This document shows positions 52,001 to 64,000 of a DNA stretch of 64,000 bases, piece after piece. The DNA lies in NCBI GenBank assembly GCA_965655095.1, contig OZ296651.1:3658001-3722000 (forward strand), written 5' to 3'. The notes under the pieces are model-generated. The model was not told where the DNA came from. It did no database searches and worked only from the letters and a program-made list of their open reading frames with translations. The stretch comes from Haplodiscus bocki. Lineage: Eukaryota. The stretch's first letter is position 1, and every line of letters begins with the position of its first letter. Both the position numbers and the translations under genes were made by a program.

Positions 52001-55000
52001 CTACCAAGAGGCCAAAAACAAGTGGTAAACATGTAAACTCCGTTGAAGGAAAAACCAGCCGTATATGGGTAACCGGCAGAAAAACGCAGGCATGATGTTA
52101 CAAAAACAGACAATAATTTTCTCAACAATTAGATTTTCACAATAAACAATCAAAGCCTCAACATAGTTGAATACGCTAGCAAATCAAACAAGGTATAACC
52201 TGTCAGACACTTCAGATATCAGGAAAAACTAATTATCCAAATCAAACCAGCTATCTGGAAAAAAAACGTCTAGAAACAACATCAATCTCAACCATAAACA
52301 TGCATTCCAACGCAATAATTTCAGATCTATATGCCATTCATTATTCACATGGAACACGGGAAACATCATTAACCGACACAAACTTCTGAGTTGTCAAAAA
52401 AACAAACCGCCAAGATACAGCAACGCTAAGAGAATATTGAAAAAAAAACGAAAACAAGAGCAAAATCAAATGTATTCCACATGAAACTCTTTCGAAGCAA
52501 AATTAGGGCGTAGATCGGTAGGACAGAAAAATGCAATCACGTCAGAAGAAACGACAGAATAACAATCAATTCAAACACGATAGCATCATCACATGAAAAG
52601 ATGCCACGGAAAAAACAAGGTACTGCCTTTCAGATACCGTCAAATATCGAGTATAATCATTGGTAGAAACGAATTCAGAAATCTGGAAAAGGACGTCTCA
52701 CAACACTAAAACTGAACACAAAAATTCATCCGATCATTAAGTGTTTGGATCTATACTTTAACCATTTTCAACACACATCATTCAACATCGTTCACAACAC
52801 TAAACCTGAACACAAAAATTCATCCGATCATGAAGTGTTTGGATCTATACTTTCATCATTTTCAAATGAAACCCGGGAAACCTTGGCAACCGACAATATT
52901 AGCAGAGTGGTCACAAAATACAGCAGTAAAAATACTCAACGCCAATTGAGTGTCGAAAAATAGTCGACCAAGAGGCCGAAAACAGGTGGACTACATGTGA
53001 AATCGTTTCAACCAAACTTCAGCAGTAAATCGGTAGCCGACAGTAAAAAAACGTCAGAATGTAATGGTAATCACTTTTTATATAAAACACGAAAAGCACC
53101 ATCAAACGTAAAGATGCAAGAAAACTGAAAGTACTGCCTTTCAGACAATTTCAGATGTCAAGAATAAACAATCATCCGAAAGTCCAGCACATATCTAGAA
53201 GATGACGTCTAGAAACACCACCAATCTCGACAAATAAGATTCATCCCATCGTGAAAAAACCAGCTTTCACGCTTTTAAAAATTCATATTAAACACGGGAA
53301 ACCTCATTAAAACGAGAATCATTGCTACGAGCCATGAAAAACAACACAAAAAATGCAGCTGTCAACTGACTGTCGAAAGCTAGGCTACCAAGAGGCCAAA
53401 AACAAGTGGTAAACATGTAAACTCCGTTGAAGGAAAAACCAGCCGTATATGGGTAACCGGCAGAAAAACGCAGGCATGATGTTACAAAAACAGACAATAA
53501 TTTTCTCAACAATTAGATTTTCACAATAAACAATCAAAGCCTCAACATAGTTGAATACGCTAGCAAATCAAACAAGGTATAACCTGTCAGACACTTCAGA
53601 TATCAGGAAAAACTAATTATCCAAATCAAACCAGCTATCTGGAAAAAAAACGTCTAGAAACAACATCAATCTCAACCATAAACATGCATTCCAACGCAAT
53701 AATTTCAGATCTATATGCCATTCATTATTCACATGGAACACGGGAAACATCATTAACCGACACAAACTTCTGAGTTGTCAAAAAAACAAACCGCCAAGAT
53801 ACAGCAACGCTAAGAGAATATTGAAAAAAAAAACGAAAACAAGAGCAAAAACAAATGTATTCCACATGAAACTCTTTCGAAGCAAAATTAAGGCGTAGAT
53901 CGGTCAGACAGAAAAATGCAATCACGTCAGAAGAAACGACAGAATAACGATCAATTCAAACACGATAGCATCATCACATGAAAAGATGCCACGAAAAAAA
54001 CAAGGTACTGCCTTTCAGATACCGTCAAATATCGAGTACAATCATTGGTAGAAACGAATTCAGAAATCTGGAAAAGGACGTCTCACAACACTAAAACTGA
54101 ACACAAAAATTCATCCGATCATTAAGTGTTTGGATCTATACTTTAATCATTTTCAACACACATCATTCAATATAGTTCACAACACTAAACCTGAACACAA
54201 AAATTCATCCGATCATGAAGTGTTTGGATCTATACTTTCATCATTTTCAAATGAAACCCGGGAAACCTTGGCAACCGACAATATTAGCAGAGTGGTCACA
54301 AAATACAGCAGTAAAATTACTCAACGCCAATTGAGTGTCGAAAAATAGTCGACCAAGAGGCCGAAAACAGGTGGACTACATGTGAAATCGTTTCAACCAA
54401 ACTTCAGCAGTGAATCGGTAGCCGACAGAAAAAAACGTCAGAATGTAATGGTAATCACTTTTTATATAAAACACGAAAAGCACCATCAAACGTAAAGATG
54501 CAAGAAAACTGAAAGTACTGCCTTTCAGACAATTTCAGATGTCAAGAATAAACAATCATCCGAAAGTCCAGCACATATCTGGAAGATGACGTCTAGAAAC
54601 ACCACCAATCTCGACAAATAAGATTCATCCCATCGTGAAAAAACCAGCTTTCACGCTTTTAAAAATTCATATCAAACACGGGAAACCTCATTAAAACGAG
54701 AATCATTGCTACGAGCCATGAAAAACAACACAAAAAATGCAGCTGTCAACTGACTGTCGAAAGCTAGGCTACCAAGAGGCCAAAAACAAGTGGTAAACAT
54801 GTAAACTCCGTTGAAGGAAAAACCAGCCGTATATGGGTAACCGTCAGAAAAACGCAGTCAAGATGTTACAAAAAAAACATTCACTTTGTTAACAAATAAA
54901 GTTTCATAAAAAACACTCAAGCCTCGACATAGTTGAATGTGCTAGCAAATCAAACAAGGCACAACCTGTCAGACACTTCAGATAGGTAGAACAACTACGT

Positions 55001-56300
55001 TCCCAGGAGAATCCAAAAAAAATGAAAAAAAAAAACGTCTGGAAACAACATCAATCTCAGTCTTCAAGATGCAATTCAACATGCTACTTTCAGATCTATA
55101 TGCTAATCATTATTCATATGAAACACGGAAAACATCATTAACCGACAAAAACTTCGAGTGGTCACAAAAAAAACCACTAAAATAAAGCAAAGACGTCTGA
55201 ATGTTGAAAAAAGCAATTACAAGGGCAAGAACAAATGTATTCCACATGTAACTCTTTCGAAGCAAGATTAAGCAGTAGACCGGTAAGACAGAAAAATGCA
55301 AACCGTCAGAAGAAATGAGAGAATAACAATCAATTGAAACACGATAGCACCATCACATGTAAAGATGCCACAAAAAAACAAGGTACTGCCTTTCAGATAC
55401 CTTCAAATATCGAGTACAATCATTGATAGAAACGAATTCAGAAATCTGGAAAAGGACGTCTTACAACACTAAACCTGAACACAAAAAATCATCCGATCAT
55501 GAAGTGTTTGGATCTATACTTTCATCATTTTCAAATGCAACCCGGGAAACCTTGGCAACTGACAATATTAGCAGAGTGGTCACAAAATACAGCAGTAAAA
55601 TTACTCAACGCCAGCTGAGTGTCGAAAAATAGTCGACCAAGAGGCCGAAAACAGGTGGACTACATGTAAAATCGTTTGAACCAAACTTCAGCAGTGAATC
55701 GGTAGCCGACAGAAGAAAAACGTCAGAATGTAATGGTAATCATATTTTATATAAAACACGAAAAGCACCATCAAACGTAAAGATGCAAGGAAAACTGAAA
55801 GTACTGCCTTTCAGACAGTTTCAGATGTCAAGAACAAACAATCATCCGAAATTCCAGCACATATCTAGAAGATGACGTCTAGAAACACCACCAATCTCGA
55901 CAAAAAAAAAAGATTCATCCCATCGTGAAAAAACCAGATTTCACGCTTTTAAAAATTCATATTAAACACGGGAAACCTCATTAAAACGAGAATCATTGCT
56001 ACGAGCCATGAAAAACAACACAAAAAATGCAGCTGTCAACTGACTGTCGAAAGCTAGGCTACCAAGAGGCCAAAAACAAGTGGTAAACATGTAAACTCCG
56101 TTGAAGGAAAAACCATCCGTATATGGGTAACCGGCAGAAAAACGCAGTCATGATGTTACAAAAACAGACAATAATTTTCTCAACAATTAGATTTTCTCAA
56201 TAAACAATCAAAGCCTCAACATAGTTGAATATGCTATCAAATCAAACAAGGGACAATCTGTCAGACAATTCAGATAGGAAGAACAACTAAGTTCCCAGGA
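43100..56300. repeat. Domain of ~1,383-bp 3-monomer units and ~2,148-bp units nested in a ~7,162-bp superperiod
   Basis: Offsets 43362/44743/46125, 44201/45583/46968 and 51362/52745/54130 (~1,383); 47947/50095 and 48260/50408 (2,148); 44201/51362, 46968/54130 and 47947/55110 (7,161-7,163). Confidence 0.85.
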
Positions 56301-59300
56301 GAATCCAAAAAAATGGAAAAAAATGTCTAGAAACAACATCAATCTCAATTTTGAAGATGGAATTCAGCGTGCTACTTTCAGATCTATATGCTAATCATTA
56401 TTCATATGAAACACGGAAAACATCATTAACCGACAAAAACTTCGATTGGTCACAAAATAAACCACTAAAATAAAGCAAAGTCGTCTGAACGTTAAAGAAA
56501 CAATTACAAGGGCAAAAACAAATGTATTCCACATGAAACTCTTTCGAAGCAAAATTAGCCGTAGATCGGTAAGACAGAAAAATGCAAACACGTCAGAATA
56601 AATGACAGAATAACAATCATATTAAACACGAAAGCATCATCACATGTGAAGAAGCTACAGAAAAAAACAAGGTACTGCCTTCCAGATACCGTCAAATATC
56701 AGATATCGAGTACAATCATTGATAGAAACGAATTCAGAAATCTGGAAAAGGACGTCTTACAACACTAAACCTGAACACAAAAAATCATCCGATCATGAAG
56801 TGTTCGGATCTAAACTTTCACTATTTTCAAATTAAACCCGGAAAACTTTAGCAACCGACAACATTCGCAGAGGGGTCACAAAATACAGCAGTAAAACCAC
56901 GCAACGCCAGCTGAGTGTCGAAAAAAAGTCAACCAAAACCCCCGAAAAGAGGTGGACTACATGTAAAATCGTTTGAAGCAAACTTCAGCAGTGAATCGGT
57001 TCCCGACAGGAAAAAACGTCAGAATGTAATGGTAATCATTTTTTATATGAAACACGAAAAGCACCATCAAATTGAAAGATGCAAAAAAACTAAACAAAGT
57101 ACTGCCTTTCAGACAGTTTCAGATGTCAAGAACAAACAATCATCAGAAATTCCAGCACATATCTAGAAGACGAGGTCTAGAAACACCACCAATATCGACT
57201 ACAAAGACTCATCTTATCGTGAAAAAACCAGATTTTCACGCTTTCAGAAATTCATATAAAACACTGGAAACCTCATTAACCGAGAACATTTGCTACGAGC
57301 TATGAAAAATAACACAAAAAGTGCAGCTGTAACTTAGTGTCGAAAACTAGGCTACCAAGAGGCCAAAAACAAGTGGTTTACATGCAAACTTCGTTGAAGG
57401 AAAAACCAGCCGTATATGGGTAACCGGCAGAAACACGCAGTCATGATGTTACAAAAAAAAACATTCAATTTGTTAAAAAACAAAGTTTCATAAAAAACAC
57501 TCAAAGCCTCAACATAGTTCAAAGTGCTAGCAAATCAAACAAGGTAAAACCTGTCAGACACTTCAGATATCAAGAACACCCTAATTATCCAAATCAAACC
57601 AGATATCTGGAAAATGACGTCCAGAAACATCACCAATCTCGACAAAGACTCATCTCATCGTGAAAAAAACCAGAATTTCACGCTTTCAGAAATTCATAAT
57701 AAACAAGGGAAACCTCATTAACCGAGAACACTTGCTACGAGCTATGAAAAACAACACAAAAATGCATCACTAACTGAGTGTCGAAAACTAGGCTACCAAG
57801 AGGCCAAAAACAAGTGGTTTACATGTAAACTTCGTTGAAGGAAAAACCAGCCGTATATGGGTAACCGGCAGAAACACGCAGTCATGATGTTACAAAAAAA
57901 ACATTCACTTTGTTAACAAACAAAGTTTCATAAAAAAACACTCAAAGCCTCAACATAGTTGAAAGTGCTAGCAAATCAAACAAGGTATAACCTGTCAGAC
58001 ACTTCAGATATCAAGAACACCCTAATTATCCAAATCAAACCAGATATCTGGAAAATGACGTCCAGAAACACCACCAATCTCGACAAAGACTCATCTCATC
58101 GTGAAAAAAACCAGAATTTCACGCATTCAGAAATTCATAATAAACAAGGGAAACCTCATTAACCGAGAACACTTGCCACGAGCTATGAAAAAAACAACAC
58201 AAAAATGCAGCAGTAACTGAGTGTCGAAAACTAGGCTACCAAGAGGCCAAAAACAAGTGGTTTACATGTAAACTCCGATGAAGGAGAAACTAGCCGTATA
58301 TGGGTAACAGGCAGAAACACGCAAACATGATAATACAAAAATGAGTAACAGGCAGAAACACGCAAACATGATAATACAAAAATGACAAATTAAACTTTTT
58401 AACAAATAAGTTTTCATAATAAACACTCAAAGCATCATCATAGGTAAATATGCAAGAAAATTGAACAAGATACCTCTCAGACACCTTCAGTTATCAAGAA
58501 CAACTAAATATCCAAAAAAGTCCCACAAACTGGGAAAAAACGTCTAGAAACAACATCAATCTCAAGCAAAAAGATGCATCTAATCGTGTCACTTTCAGAT
58601 CTATATGCTAGTCATTATTCCCATGAAACACGGATAACATAACTTCATTAACCGACAAAAACTACTGAGTTGTCACAAAAAACCACAAAGAAAAAACGAC
58701 AAAAGCGGAATTTTGAAAAAAAAAACAATTACAAGGGAAAAAACAAATTTATTGCTCCCTTAAAGCAGAAATCAGCCTTAGATCGGTACTAGACGGAAAA
58801 ATGCAAACAAGTCAGAAAAACGATAGTAACAATCATATTAGACACGCAAAGCATCATCACATGTAAAGAGGCTACAGAAAAGAAGGTACTGCCCTTCAGA
58901 AGCCTCAGCTATCAAGAACGACCAATGAGCCCAATCAAACCAGATATCTGGAAAATGACGTCTAGAAACACCACCAATCTCGACAATGAGGATGCAAGCC
59001 ATCGTGCAAGAATCCGATCTACAAGCTTAGAATTATTCACAAAACACGGGAACCCTCATTAACCGAGCATCATTGCTCCGGTCCCAAAAAAACACCACTA
59101 AAAATACAGCATTAACTGCGTGTCGAAAACTAGACTACCAAGAGGCCAAAAACAAGTGGTATACATGTAAACTCCGTCGAAGGAAAAACCAGCCGTATAT
59201 GGGTAACCGGCAGAAAAACGCAGTCATGATGTTACAAAAAAAACATTCACTTTGTTAACAAATAAAGTTTCATAAAAAACACTCAAAGCCTCAACATAGT

Positions 59301-62300
59301 TGAATAAGCTAGCAAATCAAACAAGGCACAACCTGTCAGACATTTCAGATAGGAAGATCAACTAAGTTCCCAGGAGAATCCAAAAAAAATGAAAAAAAAA
59401 ACGTCAAGAAACAACATCAATCTCAATTTTGAAGATGGAATTCAACGTGCTACCTTCAGATCTATATGCTAATCATTATTCATATGAAACACGGAAAACA
59501 TCATTAACCGACAAAAACTTCGAGTGGTCACAAAATAAACCACTAAAACAAAGCAAAGACGTCTGAATGTTGAAAAAAGCAATTACAAGGGCAAAAACAA
59601 ATGTATTCCACATGAAACTCTTTCGAAGCAAAAATAAGCAGTAGACGGGTAAGACAGAAAAATGCAAACCGTCAGAAGAAATGAGAGAATAGCAATCAAT
59701 TCAAACGCGATAGCATCATCACATGTAAAGATGCCACAAAAAAACAAGGTACTGCCTTTCAGATACCGTCAAATATCGAGTACAATCATTGATAGAAACG
59801 AATTCAGAAATCTGGAAAAGGACGTCTTACAACACTAAACCTGAACACAAAAAATCATCCGATCATGAAGTGTTTGGATCTAAACTTTCACTATTTTCAA
59901 ATTAAACCCGGAAAACTTTAGCAACCGACAATATTCGCAGATGGGTCACAAAATACAGCAGTAAAACCACGCAACGCCAGCTGAGTGTCGAAAAAAAGTC
60001 AACCAAAACCCCGAAAAGAGGTGGACTACATGTAAAATCGTTTGAAGCAAACTTCAGCAGTGAATCGGTTCCCGACAGGAAAAAACGTCAGAATGTAATG
60101 GTAATCATTTTTTATATGAAACACGAAAAGCACCATCAAATTGAAAGATGCAAAAAAACTAAACAAAGTACTGCCTTTCAGACAGTTTCAGATGTCAAGA
60201 ACAAACAATCATCAGAAATTACAGCACATATCTAGAAGACGAGGTCTAGAAACACCACCAATATCGACTACAAAGACTCATCTTATCGTGAAAAAACCAG
60301 ATTTTCACGCTTTCAGAAATTCATATAAAACACTGGAAACCTCATTAACCGAGAACATTTGCTATGAGCTATGAAAAATAACACAAAAAGTGCAGTTGTA
60401 ACTGAGTGTCGAAAACTAGGCTACCAAGAGGCCAAAAACAAGTGGTTTACATGCAAACTTCGTTGAAGGAAAAACCAGCCGTATATGGGTAACCGGCAGA
60501 AACACGCAGTCATGATGTTACAAAAAAACATTCACTTTGTTAAAAAACAAAGTTTCATAAAAAACACTCAAAGCCTCAACATAGTTGAAAGTGCTAGCAA
60601 ATCAAACAAGGTAAAACCTGTCAGACACTTCAGATATCAAGAACACCCTAATTATCCAAATCAAACCAGATATCTGGAAAATGACGTCCAGAAACATCAC
60701 CAATCTCGACAAAGACTCATCTCATCGTGAAAAAAAACCAGAATTTCACGCTTTCAGAAATTCATAATAAACAAGGGAAACCTCATTAACCGAGAACACT
60801 TGCTACGAGCTATGAAAAACAACACAAAATGCATCAGTAACTGAGTGTCGAAAACTAGGCTACCAAGAGGCCAAAAACAAGTGGTTTACATGTAAACTTC
60901 GTTGAAGGAAAAACCAGCCGTATATGGGTAACCGGCAGAAACACGCAGTCATGATGTTACAAAAAAAACATTCACTTTGTTAACAAACAAAGTTTCATAA
61001 AAAAACACTCAAAGCCTCAACATAGTTGAAAGTGCTAGCAAATCAAACAAGGTATAACCTGTCAGACACTTCAGATATCAAGAACATCCTAATTATCCAA
61101 ATCAAACCAGATATCTGGAAAATGACGTCCAGAAACACCACCAATCTCGACAAAGACTCATCTCATCGTGAAAAAAAACCAGAATTTCACGCTTTCAGAA
61201 ATTCATAATAAACAAGGGAAACCTCATTAACCGAGAACACTAGCCACGAGCTATGAAAAAAACAACACAAAAATGCAGCAGTAACTGAGTGTCGAAAACT
61301 AGGCTACCACGAGGCCAAAAACAAGTGGTTTACATGTAAACTCCGTTGAAGGAGAAACTAGCCGTATATGGGTAACAGGCAGAAACACGCAAACATGATA
61401 ATACAAAAATGACAAATTAAACTTTTTAACAAATAAGTTTTCATAATAAACACTCAAAGCATCATCATAGGTAAATATGCAAGAAAATTGAACAAGATAC
61501 CTCTCAGACACCTTCAGTTATCAAGAACAACTAAATATCCAAAAAAGTCCCACAAACTGGGAAAAAAAACGTCTAGAAACAACATCAATCTCAAGCAAAA
61601 AGATGCATCTAATCGTGTCACTTTCAGATCTATATGCTAGTCATTATTCCCATGAAACACGGATAACTTCATTAACCGACAAAAACTACTGAGTTGTCAC
61701 AAAAAACCACAAAGAAAAAACGACAAAAGCGGAATTTTGAAAAAAAAAACAATTACAAGGGCAAAGAAAATTTATTGCTCCCTTAAAGCAGAAATCAGCC
61801 TTAGATCGGTACTAGACGGAAAAATGCAAACAAGTCAGAAAAACGATAGTAACAATCATATTAGACACGCAAAGCATCATCACATGTAAAGAGGCTACAG
61901 AAAAGAAGGTACTGCCCTTCAGAAGCCTCAGCTATCAAGAACGACCAATGAGCCCAATCAAACCAGATATCTGGAAAATGACGTCTAGAAACACCACCAA
62001 TCTCGACAATGAGGATGCAAGCCATCGTGCAAGAATCCCATCTACAAGCTTAGAATTATTCACAAAACACGGGAACCCTCATTAACCGAGCATCATTGCT
62101 CCGGTCCCAAAAAAACACCACTAAAAATACAGCATTAACTGCGTGTCGAAAACTAGACTACCAAGAGGCCAAAAACAAGTGGTATACATGTAAACTCCGT
62201 CGAAGGAAAAACCAGCCGTATATGGGTAACCGGCAGAAAAACGCAGTCATGATGTTACAAAAAAACATTCACTTTGTTAACAAATAAAGTTTCATAAAAA

Positions 62301-62900
62301 ACACTCAAAGCCTCAACATAGTTGAATAAGCTAGCAAATCAAACAAGGCACAACCTGTCAGACATTTCAGATAGGAAGATCAACTAAGTTCCCAGGAGAA
62401 TCCAAAAAAAATGAAAAAAAAACGTCAAGAAACAACATCAATCTCAATTTTGAAGATGGAATTCAACGTGCTACCTTCAGATCTATATGCTAATCATTAT
62501 TCATATGAAACACGGAAAACATCATTAACCGACAAAAACTTCGAGTGGTCACAAAATAAACCACTAAAACAAAGCAGACGTCTGAATGTTGAAAAAAGCA
62601 ATTACAAGGGCAAAAACAAATGTATTCCACATGAAACTCTTTCGAAGCAAAAATAAGCAGTAGACGGGTAAGACAGAAAAATGCAAACCGTCAGAAGAAA
62701 TGAGAGAATAGCAATCAATTCAAACGCGATAGCATCATCACATGTAAAGATGCCACAAAAAAACAAGGTACTGCCTTTCAGATACCGTCAAATATCGAGT
62801 ACAATCATTGATAGAAACGAATTCAGAAATCTGGAAAAGGACGTCTTACAACACTAAACCTGAACACAAAAATTCATCCGATCATGAAGTGTTTGGATCT
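56300..62900. repeat. ~3,020-3,070-bp 7-monomer HOR with more divergent monomers, about two copies
   Basis: Offsets 57072/60141, 57959/61026 and 59073/62096. A distinctive monomer containing GCAGAAATCAGCCTTAGATCGGTACTAGACGG occurs only at ~58765 and ~61788. Confidence 0.8.
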
Positions 62901-64000
62901 ATACTTTCATCATTTTCAAATGCAACCCGGGAAACCTTGGCAACTGACAATATTAGCAGAGTGGTCACAAAATACAGCAGTAAAATTACTCAACGCCAGC
63001 TGAGTGTCGAAAAGTAGTCGACCAAGAGGCCGAAAACAGGTGGACTACATGTAAAATCGTTTGAACCAAACTTCAGCAGTGAATCGGTAGCCGACAGCAG
63101 AAAAACGTCAGAACGGAATGGTAATCACATTTTATATAAAACACGAAAAGCACCATCAAACGTAAAGATGCAAGAAATCTGAAAGTACTGCCTTTCAGAC
63201 AGTTTCAGATGTCAAGAACAAACAATCATCCGAAATTCCAGCACATATCTAGAAGATGACGTCTAGAAACACCACCAATCTCGACAAATAAGATTCATCC
63301 CATCGTGAAAAAACCAGCTTTCACGCTTTTAAAAAATCATATAAAACACGGGAAACCTCATTAAACGAGAATCATTGCTACGACCCATGAAAAACAACAC
63401 AAAAAATGCAGCTGTCAACTGAATGTCGAAAGGTAGGCTACCAAGAGTCCAAAAACAAGTGGTATACATGTAAACTCCGTTGAAGGAAAAATCAGCCGTA
63501 TATGGGTGACCGGCAGAAAAACGCAGGCATGATGTTACAAAAACAGACAATAATTTTCTCAACAATTAGATTTTCACAATAAACAATCAAAGCCTCAACA
63601 TAGTTGAATATGCTAGCAAATCAAACAAGGTATAACCTGTCAGACACTTCAGATATCAGGAAAAACTAATTATCCAAATCAAACCAGCTATCTGGAAAAA
63701 AAACGTCTAGAAACAACATCAATCTCAACCATAAACATGCATTCCAACGCGATAATTTCAGATCCATATGCCATTCATTATTCACATGGAACACAGGAAA
63801 CATCAATAACCGACACAAACTTCTGAGTTGTCAAAAAATCAAACCGCTAAGATACAGCAACGCTAAGAGAATATTGAAAAAAAAACGAAAACAAGAGCAA
63901 AAACAAATGTATTCCACATGAAACTCTTTCGAAGCAAAATTAGGGCGTAGATCGGTAGGACAGAAAAATGCAATCACGTCAGAAGAAACGACAGAATAAC

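Larger units (their letters stand above)
35630..64000. repeat. Satellite family B, right arm (runs off the window end)
   Basis: Same monomer motifs and orientation as the left arm. It resumes in exact register after the LINE. Confidence 0.95.

Overview
Eukaryotic (probably invertebrate) satellite DNA, possibly centromeric or pericentromeric, with no host genes. Two complex A-rich tandem satellites meet at a sharp junction near 13,020. Satellite A (1-~13,020) has a constant ~220-bp core plus one of about five alternative tails, giving ~287/408/455/470/560-bp monomers in ~2,149- and ~2,650-bp higher-order repeats (HORs). Satellite B (~13,021-64,000) has ~380-440-bp monomers in a layered series of HORs (~1,248, 1,383, 1,697, 2,148, ~3,050, 3,391, 6,335, 7,162 bp). 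One ~3.7-kb non-LTR retrotransposon (CR1/L2-like LINE, minus strand, 31,932-35,629) is inserted in satellite B, with a 4-bp ATAA duplication and a (TTTA)n tail. The LINE is the main point of interest. Its ORF1 starts with a Tudor-knot/chromo-barrel-like domain with an apparently intact aromatic cage. Its APE-RT ORF2 has no ATG before the first endonuclease motifs and follows the ORF1 C-terminus in frame after a single TGA-CTA readthrough-type stop. Together these suggest a chromatin-reader-ORF1-EN-RT fusion that could target satellite chromatin (inference). This copy also has a frameshift in ORF1 near 34,824. All other ORFs in the track are artefacts of the satellites or are shadows of ORF2.
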